NCBI GenBank assembly: GCA_902574205.1
Contig: CACGMS010000004.1
Coordinates: forward strand, 1 to 53,359
Source: an uncultured Candidatus Hydrogenedens sp.
Lineage (GTDB): Bacteria; Myxococcota; UBA4151
DNA: 53,359 bases
Direction: 5' to 3'
The notes under the pieces were generated by a model that had not been told where the DNA came from, made no database searches, and saw only the letters and a list, made by a program, of their open reading frames with translations. Each line of letters starts with the position of its first letter. Position 1 is the stretch's first letter. Both the position numbers and the translations under genes were made by a program. Shown one piece after another: positions 46,988 to 53,359 of this stretch.

Positions 46988-48289
46988 TTAAGCGAGCAAA
47001 TCGAGCCAGCGCGGTTGTGCATTGCGACGAGCGCGCGCTCTTCGTGAAGGCGCTTCCCAACTCGGCAACTGATCCTGCGACCACAATCGTGCCGCACCGA
47101 TCAATGCACAATCACCGGGTTGGTTGAGTAACCCACCTAGACCTTCTTGCTTTCTCGGCGTCGCCACTCGAACAGGCACTGACAACGTCTGTTCGGCAAG
47201 CTCACTCAAATGGTTCAAACGAGCACCATTGCCCGCTAAAACCAGCCCCGCACTCAACTGATTTGCCAAACCCGACTGCGCTACTAAAGCAGCAATTCTT
47301 TGCAACAAATCGCACAATGCTGGCTCCATTGCCTCGGCGAACAATCGTGGGCAAAGATGGCGTGGCTCGCGCAACCCAATAGTTTCAACGTGTACAAGTT
47401 CGCCCTGTGCGACGCGCTCGCGACATGCACTACCGTAACGTTGCTTGACGTCTTCTGAGAAACGCTGAGGAACCAAGAGACCTTGAGACAAGGCCTTGGT
47501 CAGCTCACGAGAGCCCCCCCGTTCGGTACGCGCAGTCACCAAAGCTCCCCCGGCAAACACGGCCGAAGTCGTCGTCTCGCCACCGATCTCTAAAAACGCA
47601 ACACCTGCTGTCTTTTCTTCCATGGTCAATGCGCCATGAGCCGCTGCCAGCACATTGGAGCAGACCGCTTCGACCTGAACCTTGGCGTGGCGAACGGCGC
47701 GCACCAAATTATCCAACGTGGCTTCGCACACACTCACATGCTGCACTTCGACTTCCAGTCGCTGTCCCTTGAGCGCGTGCGGGCGCTCGCGATACAATCG
47801 TCCGTCCAGGCGATAATTCTTGATCGCTTCGTGAACCAAGCGCTGTCGACGACGATCAAAACGGTCACGGGCGACGTCCTCAGCTCGACGGCAATCACGT
47901 GGCTGAACCAAGTGTCCAGATACGCTCGCTACACCCGATGCGGCATCAAGCGCTAATGACGGATGAGTGACCATCAGAACCACTCGATTGACACGAATGT
48001 CCGACATCAATTCAAGCTGCTCGAGCAACGCCTGCACCTCGCTAGCAAGCGCATGCAAATCGATCACCGCTCCAGCGCCAATCCCACGAGAGCGACGGCG
48101 AACAAGACCACGAACCTCAAGCGACTGACCATCGATTCCACAATCGAAAATTGCGGCGCGTAAATCATGGCTTCCCAGATCCAGCACACAGACCTGGTCT
48201 CGGTGTTTGTTGGATTTTCGCGTTGGGGACAGCACGCTCAATTTTCTCCGACTCAAGTGATAGGCTAGGCCTTGCTGGCCGGTTGACAA
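46988..48289 (-). CDS. ftsA: Divergent FtsA-like actin-fold protein (start uncertain)
   Basis: VLDLGS, SRGI..GAVID, SHS2 insert (Y.LDG...P..L.G.RLEVEV), L..EEK..GV...EIGGETT, EDVK..YG, GLVLAGNG and PVRVA.P motifs; C-terminal amphipathic WLDLL. Confidence 0.8.
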   Translation of the reverse strand: MSTGQQGLAYHLSRRKLSVLSPTRKSNKHRDQVCVLDLGSHDLRAAIFDCGIDGQSLEVRGLVRRRSRGIGAGAVIDLHALASEVQALLEQLELMSDIRVNRVVLMVTHPSLALDAASGVASVSGHLVQPRDCRRAEDVARDRFDRRRQRLVHEAIKNYRLDGRLYRERPHALKGQRLEVEVQHVSVCEATLDNLVRAVRHAKVQVEAVCSNVLAAAHGALTMEEKTAGVAFLEIGGETTTSAVFAGGALVTARTERGGSRELTKALSQGLLVPQRFSEDVKQRYGSACRERVAQGELVHVETIGLREPRHLCPRLFAEAMEPALCDLLQRIAALVAQSGLANQLSAGLVLAGNGARLNHLSELAEQTLSVPVRVATPRKQEGLGGLLNQPGDCALIGAARLWSQDQLPSWEAPSRRARARRNAQPRWLDLLA

Positions 48290-48426
48290 GCCCCTCCTGC
48301 AAAGGAAACGCGCCTAAAGCCAAAGAATGCTCGCTTTTATAATAAGTTAGACCGCACCATATAAACCAAAAAGGGGGGTTCGACCTCTAGCTGAACTTGA
48401 GCACATGGACATTTGTACAGTATGGA

Positions 48427-50502
48427 TCAGGAGCGTATTTGACCCTGCCCTAGCACCTGAAATTTGTACGTGCAGAGCTCGGCTAAACCCATCGGCCCAC
48501 GAGCGTGCAGGCGGTTGGTACTGATCCCAACTTCGGCGCCTAAGCCAAAGCAACCACCATCGGTGAATCGCGTTGATGCGTTATGGTACACCGCAGCGGA
48601 GTCAACCTCTCCGAGGTAGCGACGTGCCGCAAAGCTGTCTTCAGCGACGACGGCATCCGAATGGGCTGAGCTGTGCCGCTGAGTGAACTCGATCGCCTCG
48701 CTCAGACCATCAACGACGCGAACGGATAAGATCAGGTCCAAGTATTCGGTGTCCCAATCCTCGGCAGTTGCTGGCATACCCGCGGGCAAATGCGGGAGAG
48801 CACGCGGACAACCTCGCAGCTGAACTCCGCGCGCTGCGAGGTCAGAAGCTATGGTGGGCAACATGTCTTCGGCAATGCTTTGATCGATCAACAAATTCTC
48901 GATAGCGTTGCACACGCCCGGGCGCTGAGTTTTAGCGTTCAGGACGATCGATCGAGCCATCTCCAATTTGGCCGACTCGTGAATATAGACCGAGCATAGT
49001 CCCTTATCATGCTTGACAACCGGAATACGGCTTTGAGTGATCACGGCGCGAATCAACCCGGGACCGCCGCGCGGGACCACCAACTGAATACCTTCTTCAT
49101 GCGTCAAGAGGTGCTTGACAAAGCGCCGGTCTTGAATCGGCACCAACTGCACCAAATTAGGATTAAGACCGCTACGTTCAAGCCCTGTACGCATCGCAGA
49201 CACCAATGCGCTACTCGTTCGAATAGCTTCTTTGCCACCCCTCAAAATAACCGCATTACCGCTTCGTAAACATAAGCCTGCGGCGTCAACTGTCACATTG
49301 GGACGGCTCTCATAAATCACCGCGACAACACCTATGGGTACAGCCACTTTGCGAAGCATCAATCCATCTTCGATTCGACGTTCGTCTAAAACTCGACCTA
49401 CAGGGTCATCCAAGCCTCCTACTGCGCGCAAATCAGAAATCACAGCGTCGAGACGATCATGATCGAGTAACAAGCGGTCCATCAGGGCAGTCGACAACTC
49501 AGCGCGCTCACCATCCAATCGATCTTCTCGATTGGCAGCAACGATCAGTGACCGCGCCTCATCAAGAGCAATGGCCATATGCTCGATAGCATCGCTCTTT
49601 TCTTGATCCGATAATCCCGCCGCCTGACGAGCAGCTGGCTGAGCCGAAGCAACCAGTTGCGCCGCCTCTTGCGACAAATCAACAGGATCTTGACCAGCAG
49701 CAAGTTCGGCACCACGTGCTGCTGTCGCCATCAGAACTGAGCGCATCAACCCATTTGGATCACTCTGATCCATGACGCGAAGTCCAGCCTCGGTCATCCC
49801 CGCTTTGCTCGTCACCGCACGCCGCAGTTGGGCCGCATCGCCGCCTTGGTCTTCTAGCAATTCAAGGGCGCCGACAAAGGTCTGGCGCACCATCAACTCA
49901 GCGGCTTGCCTTGAAAAACCTTGCTGCTGAGCGGCTGATTCAAAAGCTTCGATCAAACGGTAGACAAAAGCGGGACCACTGCCGCTCACAGAGGTCAATG
50001 CGTCCATCTGATCTTCATCAATCCAAATGACCTCACCTAAGCGTTCAAGTAAATTATTGAGTAACGCCCGCCCCGAAGGCGCTAGTTGATTACCTACAGC
50101 CGCGCCGAGCACCCCTTTGCCGAGCGCAACCGGCGTATTTGGCATCACGCGAACCAGCGCAATTCCATCAGGAAAATGAGGCGCCAAATCGCCAATCCTC
50201 AGACCGGCAAGTAACGAGACCACAATTTGCCCAGGACGAAAGGCCGACTGAACCGGCAACAAACTCATGGCGGCTTGCTGAGGCTTCATGCCCAAAATAA
50301 CGATATCGCTCTCGGCAATAAGGTACTCGGCGCTTGGTGTGCGCGGTGGCAAGCCTAAGTCGCGAGCGCGCTCCGCCATACGCTCGGTCGGATTATACCA
50401 CTGTATTCGAGCCTGTGAATAACCACTGGCGATAAGCCCCCGGGCGATCGACGAACTCATCGTGCCAAAACCTAAAAATCCGATCGTCGCTTCCATCGCC
50501 AT
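48427..50502 (-). CDS. proC-proA: Fused pyrroline-5-carboxylate reductase (ProC) + gamma-glutamyl phosphate reductase (ProA)
   Basis: N-half: IGFLGFGTM, VRVMPNTP, SGSGPAF, VTS.AG.T. C-half: PIGVVAVIYESRPNVT, LRGGKEA, VPRGG, CNAIE, NASTRFTDG, GISTNRLHARGPMG. One uninterrupted 691-aa ORF. Confidence 0.93.
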   Translation of the reverse strand: MAMEATIGFLGFGTMSSSIARGLIASGYSQARIQWYNPTERMAERARDLGLPPRTPSAEYLIAESDIVILGMKPQQAAMSLLPVQSAFRPGQIVVSLLAGLRIGDLAPHFPDGIALVRVMPNTPVALGKGVLGAAVGNQLAPSGRALLNNLLERLGEVIWIDEDQMDALTSVSGSGPAFVYRLIEAFESAAQQQGFSRQAAELMVRQTFVGALELLEDQGGDAAQLRRAVTSKAGMTEAGLRVMDQSDPNGLMRSVLMATAARGAELAAGQDPVDLSQEAAQLVASAQPAARQAAGLSDQEKSDAIEHMAIALDEARSLIVAANREDRLDGERAELSTALMDRLLLDHDRLDAVISDLRAVGGLDDPVGRVLDERRIEDGLMLRKVAVPIGVVAVIYESRPNVTVDAAGLCLRSGNAVILRGGKEAIRTSSALVSAMRTGLERSGLNPNLVQLVPIQDRRFVKHLLTHEEGIQLVVPRGGPGLIRAVITQSRIPVVKHDKGLCSVYIHESAKLEMARSIVLNAKTQRPGVCNAIENLLIDQSIAEDMLPTIASDLAARGVQLRGCPRALPHLPAGMPATAEDWDTEYLDLILSVRVVDGLSEAIEFTQRHSSAHSDAVVAEDSFAARRYLGEVDSAAVYHNASTRFTDGGCFGLGAEVGISTNRLHARGPMGLAELCTYKFQVLGQGQIRS

Positions 50503-50520
50503 CTCCTCGCAGCGATTTGC

Positions 50521-50889
50521 CTATGCCGTCGACCGACGGCGACGTCGAGCCCAAGAAACAAGCGCTGCGGCAATCCATGCTCCAAGCAGATCGGCCAACC
50601 AATCGAAGCCGTCAGCTGTTCGCCCACGAACCAACGTCCCTTGCATGACTTCGGTAGCACCACCGTGGAGTCCCGAAACAAAGACCGCCCGAACGTAATG
50701 ATCAGGCCAAGCGCTCAAGCACAACAGTGCCATCAACCCCCAACACAAGGCGTGCATCAATTTATCAAGGTGCGGAATTTCGGGTCCTGATGGAGCAGGA
50801 CTTAGCGCCAAATAAAGGAGCACCACCATGTAGGTGATCAGGAGCCCTTTGGCGATGAGCTCACGCCGCATTAATGACGACCTGAGCAC
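50521..50889 (-). CDS. VanZ family protein
   Basis: DKLMH, E..Q..V.GR.AD..DWLAD..GA motifs. Confidence 0.85.
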   Translation of the reverse strand: MLRSSLMRRELIAKGLLITYMVVLLYLALSPAPSGPEIPHLDKLMHALCWGLMALLCLSAWPDHYVRAVFVSGLHGGATEVMQGTLVRGRTADGFDWLADLLGAWIAAALVSWARRRRRSTA

Positions 50890-52213
50890 CTCTCAGCGTA
50901 TGATGACCGGCCTCGAGGATATCGACTTGAACCAAGTCCCCAACCTGCGCCTCACCAACAAAGTTAACCATGCGATGCTCTGGCGTGCGACCTCTAAGCA
51001 TCTGCGGGTCGCGCGCGCTGGGTCCTAAGACCAGCACCTCCTGGGTGAGGCCGACACACTCTCGCAACAAGGCGCGTGTAATTCGATCTTGGACCGCGTT
51101 AAGGTGAACAAGTCGCTTTCGCCGTTCAGCCTGCGGGACAGAGTCGGCAAAGCTTTCGGCACGTGTACCCGGGCGCTCTGAATAGGCGAAGCTAAAGACC
51201 GAATCGTATCGCACTTCCTCCATCAAGCTGATGGTTTGCAGAAAATCGTCTTCGGTTTCGCCCGGAAAGCCGACGATCAAATCACTCGTCAGTGATAATC
51301 CAGGCCGAGCGGCTCGCAGGGCCGCCATCTTTTCTAAGTAGGTAGCGCGGCGATAGCCACGATTCATCATGCGCAAAATTCGATCGGAGCCGCTTTGAAC
51401 CGGCATATGAATGTAAGGCTGGATCTTGTGTTGAATACGAAAAGCCTCAAGCAAATCATCGTGCACGTCCTTCGGGTATCCCGTCATGAAGCGGACGCGG
51501 TGCAAACCCTCAATCTCAGCGACGCGCAACAAGAGCTCAGCAAAGCGTGGTTCGCCCGATTTACCATTCTTCAAATTATAAGAGGTGACCGTCTGACCAA
51601 GCAAGGTCACCTCACGAATACCATGTCGCTCCACTAACAACCGGACCTCGTCCACAATTTCCTTCGCCGGGCGATAGAGTTCTCGACCTTTGACGTAGGG
51701 CACGATGCAATAGGTGCAGAACTTGTTGCAGCCCTTCATGATCTTTACAAAGGCGTGGGTGCCTTCCATGCGTCGCTGCGGTCGAATCGGAAGAAAATCA
51801 AACTCGTCTGCCTTACGCCACTCGGTCGCCGCCACCCGCACGCGATGGGCAGAGATTCGGCTGACCATATCAGGTAACTCAGCCAGCTGATCGGTACCAA
51901 AGACCAAATCCAAATGACGACAACGCTGAAGAAGATCATTGCCCATACCCTGAGCAACGCAGCCGCCAACTGCAAGGATACGGCTAGGGTCTTCTTCCCG
52001 CCACTCACGCAAGCGCCCGAGCTCGGAGAACAACTTTTGGTCCGCTTTCTCGCGGACGGAACAGGTATTCAAAATCACGAGATCAGCCGACAGCTTATCC
52101 GTCGTGCCCTCAAAGCCCAGCGGCTCGAGAAGCTCCAACATCCGATCGGAGTCATGACTGTTCATCTGACAGCCATAGGTCACCACATGTACACGGCGTT
52201 TATCCGAATCCAT
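50861..52213 (-). CDS. miaB: tRNA-2-methylthio-N6-isopentenyladenosine synthase
   Basis: TYGCQMN..DS, NTCSVREKA, GCNKFCTYCIVP (radical SAM), DLIVGFPGET and C-terminal TRAM domain. Confidence 0.95.
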   Translation of the reverse strand: MDSDKRRVHVVTYGCQMNSHDSDRMLELLEPLGFEGTTDKLSADLVILNTCSVREKADQKLFSELGRLREWREEDPSRILAVGGCVAQGMGNDLLQRCRHLDLVFGTDQLAELPDMVSRISAHRVRVAATEWRKADEFDFLPIRPQRRMEGTHAFVKIMKGCNKFCTYCIVPYVKGRELYRPAKEIVDEVRLLVERHGIREVTLLGQTVTSYNLKNGKSGEPRFAELLLRVAEIEGLHRVRFMTGYPKDVHDDLLEAFRIQHKIQPYIHMPVQSGSDRILRMMNRGYRRATYLEKMAALRAARPGLSLTSDLIVGFPGETEDDFLQTISLMEEVRYDSVFSFAYSERPGTRAESFADSVPQAERRKRLVHLNAVQDRITRALLRECVGLTQEVLVLGPSARDPQMLRGRTPEHRMVNFVGEAQVGDLVQVDILEAGHHTLRGAQVVINAA

Positions 52214-52300
52214 GAACCCTCCAGAATCGCTCGCTCACTGCGGCTGCCTACATCAACCTGGCAGACGATGCAGCAAAAACTCGGATACCAACTCAATTGA

Positions 52301-52888
52301 CTATTCCAGGCGCTTTCTAACGGCGCGTAAAATATCAGGAATCGCCCGCTTGTTCCCGAGATGAGCTAACCACAGAGGCACCGAACCGCCCGGGTTCGTC
52401 TTTAATCGATAGGTCGCTTGTGTGGCGCGTCCCCCTTTGATCGACTTCAGCTCCCAAGAACCGGCAACAACGGCTAGCCGCACCACACCAGGTATCGGCG
52501 CCGGCCCAGCCGCATTGTCCTGAGTAAAGTGGATGACCCATGGCTTGGAGTGATCACCTTTCTCGAGGGTAAACCGCAACGTGTAGTCACGATCCGAAAC
52601 GACTGGCGTGTCGGTCCTACAATATTGCCAAATATGTTGAGCGCTTCGTTTCACCACACGACTTTGACGCATATAAGGCATGTAGTCCTGGTACTGATCC
52701 AGCGCCACTAAAGCCGACCATACCTTATCGACAGGTGCTTTGATTAAACCGGTCGCAAGAGTCTCCCCCTGCCCAAGTTCTGGGTCGATTCGCGCTCGAA
52801 CGCGAATTCCGTCTGCGGTGGTGGCCACGTGTTTCAACGGCGGACTATTAAGAACACCAAGAGAAACCATAATTCCAAGCAATATCAC
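52301..52888 (-). CDS. START/SRPBCC domain protein
   Basis: IKAPVDKVW, PVVSDRDY and NPGGSVPLWL motifs. Confidence 0.8.
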   Translation of the reverse strand: MILLGIMVSLGVLNSPPLKHVATTADGIRVRARIDPELGQGETLATGLIKAPVDKVWSALVALDQYQDYMPYMRQSRVVKRSAQHIWQYCRTDTPVVSDRDYTLRFTLEKGDHSKPWVIHFTQDNAAGPAPIPGVVRLAVVAGSWELKSIKGGRATQATYRLKTNPGGSVPLWLAHLGNKRAIPDILRAVRKRLE

Positions 52889-52973
52889 CGTCTAAGACCC
52901 CATACAACGTAAGAATAAAGCCACCACTATCCTCATACTGACCCCTAGCCTAGACTGAGTATTTGATTCCTAC

Positions 52974-53050
52974 GATAATGAGAATGACTTTCACTATTGA
53001 CAACTGTCGCCCCTTAGAGAAGAAGGCGAACGCAATGAGAATGATTCTCA
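52974..53050. promoter_or_regulatory. Two Fur-type boxes
   Basis: GATAATGAGAATGACTTTC (52974-52992, 15/19) and a perfect 7-1-7 TGAGAAT-G-ATTCTCA (53036-53050). Confidence 0.7.
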
Positions 53051-53091
53051 ATATATATGTCTGCTAATCAACACATCACGGGAGCTATGAC

Positions 53092-53359
53092 ATGAACTTT
53101 CTTAATCTCAAACACGCTGTGCTCGGTCTTGCTGCGCTCAGCTTGATCGCATGTGGCGATGATCACGACCATGACGAGACGCCGGATGCTGGTGGAACTC
53201 CAGTGGCGGACGCTGGTCCTGCGCCAGTCGCCGATGCCGGGCGCACTCAGATCGAGGTCCCCGAAACGTACAACTTCGATAGTCGCTTTGAAGATGGCAA
53301 AAGCGCCCTCTCCTACTCAGGTCAAACGGCGCGCCAAGTTTTGTTGTCGGACCTTAAAG
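53092..53359 (+). CDS. DUF4856-like lipoprotein (3'-truncated by window edge; not in the ORF track)
   Basis: Manual translation: MNFLNLKHAVLGLAALSLIAC-GDDHDHDE...VPETYNFDSRF...SYSGQTARQVLLSDLK. Confidence 0.7.
   Translation, partial: MNFLNLKHAVLGLAALSLIACGDDHDHDETPDAGGTPVADAGPAPVADAGRTQIEVPETYNFDSRFEDGKSALSYSGQTARQVLLSDLK

Noticed and set aside
50521-50889. Glycopeptide resistance locus (vanZ)
   Set aside because: Stand-alone VanZ-like proteins are widespread, and no van cluster genes are nearby.

Overview
Chromosomal segment of a GC-rich bacterium. MopE-type Cys/Asp repeat proteins, a Ser/Thr kinase-like FGE protein and many lipoproteins point to Myxococcota or a related deltaproteobacterial group (inference). 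Housekeeping genes (dut, proS, tlyA, yfgM-bamB-like, rluA-family, tatD, ftsA-like, proC-proA fusion, miaB) flank an accessory region that starts at tRNA-Thr(CGT) (17850-17925). The main feature is a compact ~7.4 kb integrative element bounded by a 108-bp direct repeat (17876-17983 / 25253-25360). It encodes a P4-like tyrosine integrase, AlpA, a Rep_trans-family rolling-circle initiator/relaxase, a hairpin-rich candidate origin and cargo made mostly of Cys-rich lipoproteins, with no capsid, terminase or conjugation genes. Immediately downstream is an apparent ~1.1 kb left-end remnant of a sibling element: same att, terminator and arm site, same 64-bp origin-side sequence, but a different cargo gene between them. 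Two cargo genes are each preceded by a copy of a gap-free, ~74% identical 136-bp unit, and three cargo proteins share domains in a mix-and-match way, suggesting exchangeable cargo slots. Elsewhere: a ProC-ProA fusion, a Nudix-YprB(RNase_H_2) fusion, an orphan divergent FtsA, a pseudokinase-FGE protein and Fur-type boxes. All family calls come from reading motifs by eye; no database search was run.
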